In this document: positions 1 to 12,630 of the stretch, in pieces
How positions within the stretch are numbered: position 1 is the stretch's first letter
How the letters are laid out: the number at the start of each line of letters is the position of its first letter
Origin: Squalus acanthias
Taxonomy: Eukaryota
NCBI GenBank assembly: GCA_030390025.1
Contig: CM059438.1
Span: forward strand, 61,506,001-61,570,000
Direction of reading: 5' to 3'
Length of the DNA: 64,000 nucleotides
Position numbers and translations under genes: made by a program
Notes under the pieces: model-generated
Seen by the model: only the letters and a program-made list of their open reading frames with translations
What the model was told of the DNA's origin: nothing
The model's database searches: none

Positions 1-284
1 GGCTCTTCTCATCTGGGATCACTGTGGAGAGGTTACAATCTGGAGGAGGGCGTAGACGGAAACTAAATTCGCAAATTGTGCAGTAGAATCAGGACCTTAG
101 AAAAGGGAAATGGATCTGGCGAGATTGGGAAGTGTGTGAGGGGGTCAGAGAGGAATAGTTCAATAAAACATTCACAAAGCATGTTTCTCTGACATGGCCA
201 TGAATCAGCTTGCTCTGAAAAAGTCTAATCTTTTCATCACCTTGCAAGAAGACTCTGAGTTTGTGAACACTGTGCCCATCATGA

Positions 285-485
285 AATGTGCTGCCTGATA
301 GGGGAGTGGAAGCAGATTCAATAGTAACTTTCAAAAGGGGACTGGATAAATACTTGAAAAGGAAAATCTGCAGGGCTATGGGGAAAGAGCGGGGGAGTGG
401 GACTAATTGGATCGCTCTTCCAAAGAACCGACACAGGCACGACGGGAAGAAGGGCCTCGTTCTGTGCAGCATGATTCTATGATCT
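285..485 (+). mobile_element. CR1 LINE 3'-end fragment
   Basis: Encodes LPDRGVEADSIVTFKRGLDKYL (CR1 ORF2 C-terminus), followed by the 3' UTR and an (ATTCTATG)-type tail; sister copies at ~34025-34240 and ~41543-41845. Confidence 0.85.
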
Positions 486-1018
486 TACAAACCTGAAAGG
501 TAAACAGGAAGAGCTTTCATGGTCTCAAGAAGAGCACTACGGTGAGCTAATATTAAGGAAAGCTTCAAGAGCAAATATGAAGAAGATGACCATATATGGC
601 TAACTAATAGAACTGTCCGCTGCCTGTTACCACAGTGACATTATCCTAGATGTGCAGCTGACGTTCTGCTATAATGTAAACACACAGATATAAACTGTAT
701 TTTGCTTTCAGTTGCAAGGCTGTACAACCCAAAATAATACACTGACTTCCTAACTGAAACAGGGATGACTGTAACTATGAAAAGGAGACCCAAATATGGT
801 TCTCAGAGAGCAGTGGGAGACATTTCACAATTAGCAAGTCTCCCGGTGAGGCACTATTCTGACATAGGACAGGAATGACACTGATGGAAAGCAATTAAAA
901 GTGGCCACGTGTTACCCAGATTTTAATCAGAGTACAACAGCAGAAACCCCACAAGAGCAATCCGTGAGTCTCAATTACAGCTATTATATTCATTCGAGGC
1001 TAAATTCTCCCACAATAC

Positions 1019-4000
1019 GAGAGGGGGGAGCACAGAGAGAGGGGGGAGTACAGAGAGAGGGGGGAGTACAGAGAGAGGGGGAGCACAGAGAGAGGGGGAG
1101 CACAGAGAGAGGGGGGAGCACAGAGAGAGGGGGGAGCACAGAGAGAGGGGGGAGCACAGAGAGAGGGGGGAGTACAGAGAGAGGGGTAGCACAGAGAGAG
1201 GGGTAGCACAGAGAGAGGGTAGCACAGAGAGAGAGGGTAGCACAGAGAGAGGGGGTAGCACAGAGAGAGAGGGCAGCACAGAGAGAGGGGGAGCACAGAG
1301 AGAGGGGGAGCACAGAGAGAGAGGGTAGCACAGAGAGAGGGGGAGCACAGAGAGAGGGGGGAGCACAGAGAGAGGGGGGAGCACAGAGAGAGGGGGGAGC
1401 ACAGAGAGAGGGGGGGAGCACAGAGAGAGGGGGGAGCACAGAGAGAGGGGGGAGCACAGAGAGAGGGGGAGCACAGAGAGAGGGGGAGCACAGAGAGAGG
1501 GGGGAGCACAGAGAGAGGGGGAGCACAGGGAGAGGGGGAGCACAGAGAGAGGGGGAGCACAGAGAGAGGGGGGAGCACAGAGAGAGGGGGAGCACAGAGA
1601 GAGGGGGAGCACAGAGAGAGGGGGGAGCACAGAGAGAGGGGGGAGCACAGAGAGAGGGGGGAGCACAGAGAGAGGGGGAGCACAGAGAGAGGGGGAGCAC
1701 AGAGAGAGGGGGGAGCACAGAGAGAGGGGGAGCACAGAGAGAGGGGGGAGCACAGAGAGAGGGGGGAGCACAGAGAGAGGGGGAGCACAGAGAGAGGGGG
1801 AGCACAGAGAGAGGGGGGAGTACAGAGAGAGGGGGGAGCACAGAGAGAGGGGGGAGCACAGCGAGAGCGGGAGCACAGAGAGAGGGGGTAGCACGGCGAG
1901 GGAGGGAGTACAGAGAGAGGGGGTAGCACAGCGAGAGGGGGAGCACAGGGAGAGGGGGGAGTACAGAGAGAGGGGGGAGCACAGAGAGAGGGGGGAGCAC
2001 AGCGAGAGCGGGAGCACAGAGAGAGGGGGGAGCACAGAGAGAGGGGGGAGCACAGAGAGAGGGGGGAGCACAGAGAGAGGGAGGAGCACAGAGAGAGGGG
2101 GTAGCACGGCGAGGGAGGGAGTACAGAGAGAGGGGGGAGCACAGAGAGAGGGGGTAGCACGGCGAGGGAGGGAGTACAGAGAGAGGGGGGAGCACAGCGA
2201 GGGGGGAGCACAGAGAGAGAGGGTAGCACAGAGAGAGGGTAGCACAGAGAGAGGGGTAGCACAGAGAGAGAGGGTAGCACAGAGAGAGGGGGGAGCACAG
2301 AGAGAGGGGGAGCACAGAGAGAGGGGGGAGCACAGAGAGAGGGGGGAGTACAGAGAGAGGGGGGAGCACAGAGAGAGGGGGAGCACAGAGAGAGGGGGGA
2401 GCACAGAGAGAGGGGGTAGCACGGCGAGGGAGGGAGTACAGAGAGAGGGGGGAGTACAGAGAGAGGGGGGAGCACAGAGAGAGGGGGAGCACAGAGAGAG
2501 GGGGGAGCACAGAGAGAGGGGGGAGCACAGAGAGAGTGGGGAGCACAGCGAGAGGGGGGGAGCACAGAGAGATAGGGGAGCACAGAGAGAGGGGGAGCAC
2601 AGAGAGAGAGGGAGCACAGAGAGAGAGGGGGGAGCACAGAGAGAGGGGGGAGCACAGAGAGAGGGAGGAGCACAGAGAGAGGGGGAGCACAGCGAGAGGG
2701 GGAGCACAGAGAGAGAGGGGAGCACAGAGAGAGTGGGGAGCACAGAGAGAGGGGGGAGCACAGCGAGAGAGGGGGAGCACAGAGAGAGAGGGGGGAGCAC
2801 AGAGAGAGTGGGGAGCACAGAGAGAGTGGGGAGCACAGAGAGAGGGGGGAGCACAGAGAGAGAGGGGGGAGCACAGAGAGAGAGGGGGGAGCACAGCGAG
2901 AGAGGGGGGAGCACAGAGAGAGAGGGGGAGCACAGAGAGAGGGGGAGCACAGAGAGAGAGGGGAGCACAGAGAGAGAGGGGGAGCACAGCGAGAGGGGGG
3001 GAGCACAGAGAGAGTGGGAGCACAGAGAGAGGGGGAGCACAGAGAGAGGGGGGAGCACAGAGAGGGGGGAGCACAGCGAGAGAGGGGGGAGCACAGCGAG
3101 AGGGGGGAGCACAGCGAGAGGGGGGAGCACAGAGAGAGAGGGGGGAGCACAGCGAGAGAGGGGAGCACAGAGAGAGGGGGGAGCGCAGCGAGAGAGGGGG
3201 GAGCACAGAGAGAGAGGGGGGAGCACAGAGAGAGGGGGGAGCACAGCGAGAGGGGGGAGCACAGCGAGAGAGGGGGGAGCACAGCGAGAGAGGGGGGAGC
3301 ACAGAGAGAGGGGGGAGCGCAGCGAGAGGGGGGAGCACAGGGAGAGGGGGGAGCACAGAGAGAGAGGGGGGAGCACAGAGAGAGGGGGAGCACAGAGAGA
3401 GAGGGGAGCACAGAGAGAGAGGGGGAGCACAGCGAGAGGGGGGGAGCACAGAGAGAGAGGGGGGAGCACAGAGAGAGGGGGGAGCACAGAGAGAGGGGGG
3501 AGCACAGAGAGGGGGGAGCACAGCGAGAGAGGGGGGAGCACAGAGAGAGAGGGGGGAGCACAGAGAGAGGGGGGAGCACAGAGAGAGGGGGGGAGCACAG
3601 AGAGGGGGGAGCACAGCGAGAGAGGGGGGAGCACAGAGAGAGGGGGGAGCACAGAGAGAGGGGGGAGCACAGAGAGAGGGGGGAGCACAGAGAGGGGGGA
3701 GCACAGAGAGAGAGGGGGGAGCACAGCGAGAGAGGGGGGAGCACAGAGAGAGAGGGGGGAGCACAGAGAGAGGGGGGAGCACAGAGAGGGGGGAGCACAG
3801 CGAGAGAGGGGGGAGCACAGAGAGAGAGGGGGGAGCACAGCGAGAGAGGGGGGAGCACAGAGAGAGGGGGGAGCACAGAGAGAGGGGGGAGCACAGAGAG
3901 AGGGGGAGCACAGCGAGAGGGGGAGCACAGCGAGAGAGGGGGGAGCACAGAGAGAGGGGGGAGCACAGAGAGGGGGGAGCACAGCGAGAGAGGGGGGAGC

Positions 4001-4339
4001 ACAGAGAGAGAGGGGGGAGCACAGAGCGAGGGGGGAGCACAGAGAGAGGGGGAGCACAGAGAGAGGGGGGAGCACAGAGAGAGGGGGGAGCACAGAGAGA
4101 GGGGGGAGCACAGAGAGGGGGGAGCACAGCGAGAGAGGGGGGAGCACAGAGAGAGGGGGGAGCACAGAGAGAGGGGGGAGCACAGAGAGAGGGGGGAGCA
4201 CAGAGAGAGGGGGGAGCACAGAGAGAGGGGGGAGCACAGAGAGAGGGGGGAGCACAGAGAGGGGGGAGCACAGCGAGAGAGGGGAGCACAGAGAGAGGGG
4301 GAGCACAGAGAGAGGGGGGAGCACAGAGAGAGGGGGGAG
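1019..4339. repeat. ~3.3 kb purine-rich minisatellite, ~18-bp unit GCACAGAGAGAGGGGGGA
   Basis: Directly visible tandem array with variable (GA)n and G-run lengths. Confidence 0.98.
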
Positions 4340-4496
4340 TTTTCCACAGGAACATCCCAATGGAGTTCATTGGATCAGCGACCCCCCTGGCTGTAAATCT
4401 TTCTGAGATGCACAGACACACTGGTAGGTGTGATGATTTCACCACACAGCAACATATGCAAACAGTGTCTATCCACATTATAGAAGCACTTAATCG

Positions 4497-6425
4497 TATT
4501 ACATAGGATTACATAGGATATACGGTACAGAAACAGGACATTGGGCCCAACCAGTCCATGCTGGCGTTTATGCTCCACTCGAGCCTCCTCCCATCTTTCC
4601 TCATCTAAATCTATCAGCGTAACCCGCTATTCCCTTCTCCCTTATATGCTTGTCTAGCCTCCCTTTAAATGCATCCATACTATTCGCTTCAACCACTCCC
4701 TGTGGTAGCGAGTTCCACATTCTCACCACTCTCTGGGTAAAGAAGTTTCTTCTGAATTCCCTGTTGGTGACTATCTTATATTGATGGCCTCTAGTTATGC
4801 TCTTCCCCACAAGTGGAAACATTCTCTCTGTATCCACTCTATCAAAACCTTTCATAATTTTAAAGATCTCTATGAGATAACCGCTCAGCCTTCTTTTTTC
4901 AAGGAGAATAGAGACCCAGCCTGTTCATCCTTTCCTGATATGTAAACCCTCGCATTTCTGGTATCATCCTTGTAAATCTTCTCTGCACCCTCTCCAGTGC
5001 CTCTATATCCTTTTTATAATATGGCAACCAGAACTGTACGCAATACTCTAAGTGTGGTCTAACCAAGGTTTGATACAGGTTTAGCATAACTTCCCTACTT
5101 TTCAATTCTATACCTCTAGAAATAAACCCTAGTGCTTGGTTTGCTTTTTTTATGGCCTTGCTAACCTGTGTCGCAACTTTTAGTTATTTGTGTATTTGTA
5201 CTCCGAGATTCCTTTGTTTATCTACCCCACCTAGACTCGCACCCTCCAAGTAATAAGTGACCTCCCTATTCTTCCTACCAAAATGTAATACCTCACATTT
5301 ATCTGTGTTGAACTTCATTTGTCAATTATATGCCCATTCTGCAAGTTTATTAATGTCCTCCTGTAATTTGTTGCAGTCCTCCTCAGTATTGACTATCCCA
5401 CCCCCAATTTGGTGTCGTCCGCAAATTTAGAAATTGTGTTTTTGATTCCAAAGTCTAAATTGCTAATATAAATTGCGAACAACAGTGGTCCCAGCACTGA
5501 TCCTTGTGGAACACCACTACCCACCTTCTGCCACTGTGAATAGCTACCTTTCACCCCTACTCTCTGCTTTCTGTCTTGAAGCCAGCCAGCAATCCATTCT
5601 GCTACTTGTCCCCTGACTCCGCATTCTGTGACCTTGTTCATCAGTCTATTATAGGGTACCTTATCGAAGGCCTTTTGAAAATCTAGATAAATTACATCTA
5701 CTGCATGACCATTGTTTACTCTCTCTGTTACCTCTTCAAAAAATTCAATGAGGTTGGTCAAGCAAGACTTTCCCTTTTGAAATTCATGCTGACTATTCAT
5801 TACCATGTTTTTGGTTTCTAGATGTTCTTCTATTTTCTCCTATAGTAGGGATTCCATTATTTTTCCTACCACCAATGTTAAGCTGACTGGTCTATAATTC
5901 CCTGGACATGTTCTATCCCCCTTCTTAAATATAGGTATTATGTTAGCTATCCACCAGTCCTCTGGCACTACACCTTTTTCTAATGAATTATTAAATATGT
6001 GTAGTAATGCCTCTGCTATCTCTTCCCTAGATTATTTTAAAATGTGTGGATGCAATCCATCCAGACCAGGGGTTTTATCCTCTTTGAGTTTGATTAGTTT
6101 ATTTAATATATTCCCTCTTTTTATTTTAAATGCACTTATCTCATTACTAATCTCATCATCCAATGTCATGTCCACCTGTTCTAGCTCCCTGGTAAATACT
6201 GAAGCAAAATAATTATTTAATATTACTGCCATCTCTCTATCATTATCTGTGGTTTATCCTGTCCCTATTCCCATCCCAACCTTCCTTTTTTATTGATGTG
6301 CCTGTAAAATATTTTACTATTTTGTTTTATGTTCCTTGATAATTTAAGTTCATAGTTCCTCTTTGCCTTCCTAATTGTTTTTTTGACTTCTCTCCTAATC
6401 TCTTCGTATTCTCCCTTATCATGCA
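4497..6425 (-). mobile_element. 5'-truncated CR1 LINE (decayed ORF2 RT domain + 3' UTR)
   Basis: Minus-strand peptides [55 protein letters not shown]; short repeated tail near 4500. Confidence 0.93.
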
Positions 6426-7140
6426 CTTCCTGCTGTCCATGGGACTTTAATCTACATATAGACTGGGCAAACCAAATTTGCTGTAATAGTGTGGAGAACG
6501 AATTCATGGAATCTATGCAAGATAGTTTTCTAGATCAGTATGTTGAGGAACCAATTAGGTAACAGGCTATTTTAGATCTAGTATTGTGCAACGAGAAAGG
6601 GTTAATTAATAACCTTGTAGTAAAGGGGCCTTTAGGGAAGAGTGACCATAATATGATAGAATTTTATATTGAGTTTGAAAGTGACTTAGTTAAATCTGAA
6701 ATTAGGGTCTTAAACCTAACCAAAGCAAACTACGTAGGTATGAGCGGCAAGTTGGCTAAGGTAGATTGGGAAACTACATTAAAAAGTATGACAGTGGATG
6801 AGCAATGGCTAGCATTTAAAGAATTAATACATAATTTACAACAAATGTACATTCCTTTAAGACACAAAAACCCCACAGGAAAAGTGGTCCAACCGTGGCT
6901 AACAAGAGAAGTTAAGGAAAGTATTAGATCAAAGGAAGAGGCTTATAATGCTGCCAAAAAGAGTAGTAAGCTTGAGAATTGGGAGGAGTTTAGCATTCAG
7001 CAAAGGAGGAACAAGAAATTGATAAAGAAAGAGAAAATAGAATATGAGAGTAAACTTGCGAGAGACATAAAAACCAGATTGTAAAAGCTTCTATAGGTAT
7101 TTAAAAAGGGAAAGATTAGCAAAAGTAAACGTGGGTCCAG
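6426..7140 (+). mobile_element. CR1 ORF2 internal fragment (end of AP-endonuclease + linker)
   Basis: DFNLHIDW and PLGKSDHNMIEF motifs; homologous to 20524-21230. Confidence 0.9.
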
Positions 7141-7385
7141 ACACACAACCTGCCCTGCCATATCTTAGTCAAGCCTTATTTTATTTATTTAATTAGTTAA
7201 AGTCTTTATTCAACAATTATTTATAGTTATATTAATTAGTTTAACTAGTTAAGCTATAAATTTAATACAGTACTTTGTAGTTTCCCGCACTTAGTTTAAA
7301 CCACTGTCCTAGGTTAGAGAAAAAAAAACCTTCATACTCATCAACCAATCACCTACCTGCTGTCCTGTGACATCACTCCTTGTTT
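7141..7385 (-). mobile_element. CR1 5' UTR and ORF1 start fragment
   Basis: Reverse complement resembles the CR1 5' UTR at ~18000-18270 (gattgg...gagta, AT-rich stretch, then ATGGCAG). Confidence 0.55.
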
Positions 7386-7391
7386 TTCTCA

Positions 7392-7725
7392 AGATGTGGG
7401 CGTCGTTGGCAAGGCCGGCGTTTATTGCCCATCCCTAGTTGCCCTTCAGAAGGTGGTGTTCTTGAGCCGCTAGTAGCAGTTTGATACAACTGAGGACTTG
7501 CTAGGCCACTTAAAAGTCAACCACATTGGTGTGGGACTGGAGTCACATATAGGTTTCCTTCCCTAAAGGACATTAGTGAACCAGTTTGGCTTCATGGTCA
7601 CTTTTACTGGTACCAGCTTTTATTTCCAAATTTTTAAACTGGTTTCAAATTCTCGAACCTTCAACTCGCATTCTCTGGATTATTAGGCTTACTGGTCCAG
7701 TAGCATAACCACTTTGCTGCCATAT
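7392..7725 (-). mobile_element. tRNA-derived SINE, family 2 (tentatively MetaSINE-like), with the 3' tail of the LINE at 34913
   Basis: tRNA-like head on the minus strand; central GTCCTTTAGGGAAGGAAACC domain; tail near-identical to the LINE end at 34913-34980. Confidence 0.65.
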
Positions 7726-9249
7726 CCGACATTTCAGAAAGGTAAGGCGTGATATCACTTAATTATAACATTTCGTCTACTCTTTCAACAGATGAAGAGG
7801 TGCCAGACATGAGCCAGGAGGATAATTTGAAATAGGATTCACCACACTGACAGTAGCCCACACCTTCCAGGTCATCTAGCACCCGCACTGAAGTCCATGG
7901 CACATTGTACAGCAGGATTCACCAGATGATGAGATTAATATGAGGAAAGGGAATCACGTGAGGAGAGAGGGAAAGAGGGGCTTCAGATGGCTAAGGAAGT
8001 TTTGGGCACAGACACGGCCTGCATGTTATCCTCTGTTGCCTAGAGATGCAGATTTCAGTACATGTTTCAGTTATGAAAGGACTATACATCAATACGTGGT
8101 GAGTGCTGATATGTCACTTGGCTTTTGAGATCAGTTTGGGTGGTTTAAAGAAGTCCTGCATCCAGATGTGCACCACATGTCCAACCTGGCTACTGTGGTG
8201 GAGCAATGATCATATTGACTGCAGCCTGCCACAGAGCAAGTGCCAGTGGCTGTGTCATCTTCAAGCCCCATTGTGCAAGGCACTGGCACAGATCCCATGA
8301 CTAGTCAGACTGATGCTATGGATGTACTGGGAAATAAATTTTGATGAGGCCAGGAGGGCTTGATTCAACTCGTTGGGGGAAAATGAACCGTCAACCTTGA
8401 GAGAGGGATTTGCAGAACACATCACTGTCCAGCTGGCAGTTTCTCCAACCTCAGCATGTGTGGAGAAGCAAGGGTTATGCCCAATGGCACTCCTACCAGC
8501 AGCAATTCTGAATCAACTTAACTACCTACAAAACAGGCAGCACACAGGCCTCAAATTGTAGAGCTTAGAGCGACAACATCTCAGTGGGGTCTTTGCACCT
8601 GCACTCCTTCTTCGTTCCTCTACATCTTAGGAGCACGTTGAGACAGGCCAATGTAGATAAACATCAGAAGTAGAGGGGTAGCTGGGAAGACACACTCAAT
8701 AAAACCAGTACACCCAATCATCGCAGACACCCAATCAGATGGTCATACTTTTTAGAATCCCCTACAAATTCAAACAGTCAAACAATTAATGATACATAGC
8801 CCACAAATGGGATAGAAAATGTTATAGATGTATAGCCAGGCAATGACTGAGATATTTTTATGGATGCAAAAACACTTGGGAGCTGTTTAACACAATGAAA
8901 ATAATTTTTTGGATAAAGCTATTTATAATGCTTATGAAGGCAATAATTTTGATTGACCTTTTAGAGACCATGAAGTCAACATTTCTTTATTTAAGCACAA
9001 AATAAAGCTCTAGTTAACCACAAAAACGCTTGTTTATCCAGTTACTGATGGTATGACAGAAGACAGAGCAAGTCACTGTTAAAATGACCCATCCCAAACC
9101 ATAGACCCCAAATGTAGAGTTCACTGGAAGATGCCAGCAATCATCTCCAGGTGCCTCAGTCTCCCGGAGTGCACTGACTGGTTATCTGCTGCTGACTATT
9201 CTGTACTTTCATCTGCTTGCTCTTTCACGGCTTGTAGCTGCACCTCTGC

Positions 9250-10548
9250 CCGTTGGAAATATTGTGCAGCATGCAGTCACCATGTTGCTCACCTTCTCCA
9301 GACCATTTTGTAAGCTGGCACTGAACGATCCAAGGAGCTGAAGCGTCACTGGAGCAGCCCAAGCGTTCGCCCAGAGAACACCTGTCGATGCTCAAGCACA
9401 TCATCGTACTCGTCCTGCTGTGTTTTGCGGGGGGGGGTGGTTATGCAGAGATGTCATGAGCCATGCTCGTGCTGCAGTTCCTCCAGGTTAACGTCTCTCT
9501 TTCTATGGCTATGTTGTTCAGCATGCAGCAAACTACAATGGCAGTACCCTGAGCTGCCCAGGCACCAAATGCACTGCTTGACAATGCCACTGGTGCTTTC
9601 CATTACAGCTGTGCTGCCTGGGAACTTGGCCATCACTTGCAGTGATTTAGTTAAATCCGAAACTAGGGTCTTAAATCTAAACAAAGCAAACTACGTAGGT
9701 ATGAGGGGCGAGTTGGCTAAGGTGGATTGGGAAACTTCATTAAAAGGTATGACAGTAGACAAGGAATGGCTAGCATTTAAAGAAATAAAACATAATTTAC
9801 AACAAGAAGTCTTACTACAATTATACAGGGCATTGGTGAAGCCACACCTGGAGTACTGCGTACAGTTCTGGTATCCTTACCTAAGGAAAGACATACTTGC
9901 CTTAGAGGGAGTGCAGCAAAGGTTCACTAGACTGGTTTCTGGGATGAGGGGATTGCCCTATGAGGAGAGATTGAGTAGACTAGGCCTATATTCCTTAAAG
10001 TTTAGAAGAATGAGAGGTGATCTAATTGAAACATATAAAATTCTTAAGGGGGTTGACAGGGTTAATGCTGGGAAAATGTTTCCCCTGGCTGGGGAATCTA
10101 GAACACGGGATCGCAGTCTCAGAATAAGGGGTCGGCCATTTAGGACTGAGATGAGGAGAAATTTCTTCACTCAAAGGGTTGTGAATCTTTGGAATTCTCT
10201 ACCCCAGAGAGCTGTGGATGCTCAGTCATTGAGTATATTCTAGATAGTGGTCGATAATATTTTGGGAACATAGGGAATTAAGGGATATGGGGATAGTGCA
10301 GAAAGGTGGAGATGAGGTAGAAGATCAGCCATGATCTTGTTGAATGGCGGAGCAGGCTCGAAGGGCCAAATGGCCTACTCCTGCTCCTATTTCTTATGTT
10401 CTTATGATGTGGTGCAGATGGTCACACAGCACCTGGACATTTCGGGAGCAGTAGCCCTTGCGATTCATGTAGGGTACACGCCTGCCAGGAGAAGCACGAA
10501 GGGCTACATAAATCCCATCCATGACCCCCTGCACTTCTTTGCAAGATG
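9250..10548 (-). pseudogene. Decayed PIF/Harbinger (HARBI1-like DDE) transposase, split by a CR1 insertion
   Basis: Manual minus-strand translation: VQGVMDGIYVALRA..YMNRKGYCSRNVQVLCD (10410-10540), KFPGS..WCLGSSGY, WLMTSL, TLGLLQ*RFSSLDRS, LQNGLEKVSNMVTAC..LHNI. Motif order matches HARBI1 (GAIDCTH, NRKG, PGS, LGDSGY, RF..LD, LHN). Confidence 0.82.
9641..10405 (+). mobile_element. CR1 copy with a large internal deletion
   Basis: SDLVKSETRVLNL (post-endonuclease) is joined in frame at ~9803 to EVLLQLYRALVKPHLEY (post-RT); ends in the TTCTTATG tail. Confidence 0.88.
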
Positions 10549-10596
10549 ACTATTCAATCTGCCATGTTTCACCTCTTCCGTGGGATAATGATAAGG

Positions 10597-10975
10597 CCAA
10601 ATGTGACTTACGCTACTCCAATCATTTCTGTCAATAGAATGTGACTTATGCAGTGAGATCATCCCCAATCTCCAAAACCCACTCGAATTCTGACCACTGG
10701 CAGAATGTGACTCACCCTACTCAAATGTTTCCAAATTTTAGAATGTGATTTATCCCACTTGGATTGTACCCATTGGCAGAACTGTGACTTCAACCATCCC
10801 AACTGGAAAACATGACTTCGTCCATTCGGATCCTGCCTCCTCTCAGAATGTGACTCACCCCTTTTGAATGTTTCCTACTTTTAGAATGCAATTTATCCTA
10901 TTGGGATAGGACCCGTTAGCAGAATGTGATGTGTCCAACCGCAGCCGTCCTAACTGGAAAATATGACTGACCCAC
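10597..10975. repeat. Diverged ~36-38 bp tandem repeat (AGAATGTGAC core) with a 143-bp higher-order period
   Basis: Core recurs about ten times; 10701-10823 is homologous to 10844-10975. Confidence 0.75.
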
Positions 10976-11689
10976 GCAGTGCCTACCTGGTGTCCCAGAA
11001 GCGATGCACTGCAAAAGGATAAGTCATATTTTGAGAGTGAGCATGCTGGATGTACGATATATCACACACTGGCAACGTGCATACTATTAGGAAAATTCGC
11101 ATTCTGACATCGGTCAGGTTTGACCATTTGTGAAAAGATTCACTGTCACAAAGTTTGATATTCCTTGGTGGCATAAGGAGAATTATTGCACACTAACCCT
11201 TTCCAGTGTCTGAATATGGTTTACTCCGCTGGGTTCCTATGCATTGCAAGGGTGTGATTGGCCTCGCTAATTATGGAGCAGTATTCCCAGGCTGGCCTCC
11301 TTCGAACAATGTGCACTATTTGCTGATTATGAAACACGGCTCCAGCAGTTGTTGCTGTAATCAGAGTCCAAACCCTCTCACCCGATGAAAGAAGAATAGT
11401 GGCAGCAAGATGGAATGGAGGCAAATTGAGAGAAAAACCCATTGAAAAGGTGCCATTCTGTACTTTACTCACATGTAACTCAGAGAATAAACTCAAAAAG
11501 AGATCACAAGATAGATACAGGTGAGGGAGGCCATTCTGTTATTCCTACCTCATCCAACCAGATATAATCTACTGTTTCATAATGTAATATCCAATGTTCA
11601 AATGCTTTCAAGGTCTTTGCCTCCAGAAGTCCATTCCATATATTGATCACGCTACCTAAAATCTTGCGACTGTTTTAATGCAAGAATCA

Positions 11690-12480
11690 ATAAGGAGGTG
11701 ACGCTCGCATACAGAGAGCGTGGGAGGCCTTTGATAGACTGTCCAAGCGTGTTTGGAATCAGCGCCGTATCAAGGTTGTCTCTAAACTGGAAGTTTATAA
11801 GGTGGTTTTCCTTACCAATCTCCTGTACGGGTGCGAAAACATGGACACTCTGTCGAAGGCACACTGAACAGCTGAAAAGGTTTCACCAAAGACACCTTTG
11901 CACCTTAATTCATATTAGGTGGCAGGGCAAGATCGCTAACAACAAAGTACTGGAACAATCTGACAGCACCAGCATTGAAGCTGTGATAGTCAATGCTCAG
12001 TTGCGTTGGGCAGGACAGGTTGTTAGGATGTTTGATGGACAGGTACCGAAGCAGGTGCTTTATGGAGAACAGGTGGATGGTAGAAGAAAGCAGGGCAAAC
12101 AGCAAAGGTGCTGGAAAGATACCGTGAAGATTCACCTGAAGCAGGGAAACATGGTTGTTGACTCTTGGGACAGGCGGCAATGGCGCGCTGAGGTGAGAGG
12201 AGGAGTGAAGCACTTTAAGCTACAACGCCGTGTCAGTGTGGAGGCGAGATGCGAGAGATGGAAGCATCAGCAGCATCAGAGGGATCACCAGGAGAATCAG
12301 AGGGATCACCAAGACAGCCTCTCCAGGAACGTGGTTATGTCAGGGCTTGTGGTAGACAATGTCTATCTTGCATTTGCCTGCATAGTCATCAATGCACCCA
12401 CATTATGCTCTCTTCTTCCTTGGTACCGTTATCCTCGAGTACAAAGTGCCACACTACTATTATTCTACATGAAGAAGAAG
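11690..12480 (+). mobile_element. RTE-clade LINE 3' fragment
   Basis: LKVYKVVFLTNLLYGCE, QLKRFHQRHL, QLRWAGQVVRM, PKQVLYGE, terminal (GAA)n tail. Confidence 0.85.
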
Positions 12481-12630
12481 AATTTTCTGACAGTAGTGCT
12501 AAATGAATCAAACGGTACTTATCCCACTAGTCATTGCTGCCGGCAGAAAGTGATTTACCCCAGCTGGATCCATTCGAGTGTCCGAAGCCCATTCAATTAC
12601 AGCCTGCTGGCTGGATGTAGCTTACTACAA

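Noticed and set aside
971..4506. Very long ORFs (460-1162 aa) on both strands
   Set aside because: Artefact of the stop-free 18-bp minisatellite; low-complexity translations in all frames.
9425..10243. 272-aa ORF as a novel gene
   Set aside because: Chimera of antisense transposase fossil and a deleted CR1 ORF2.
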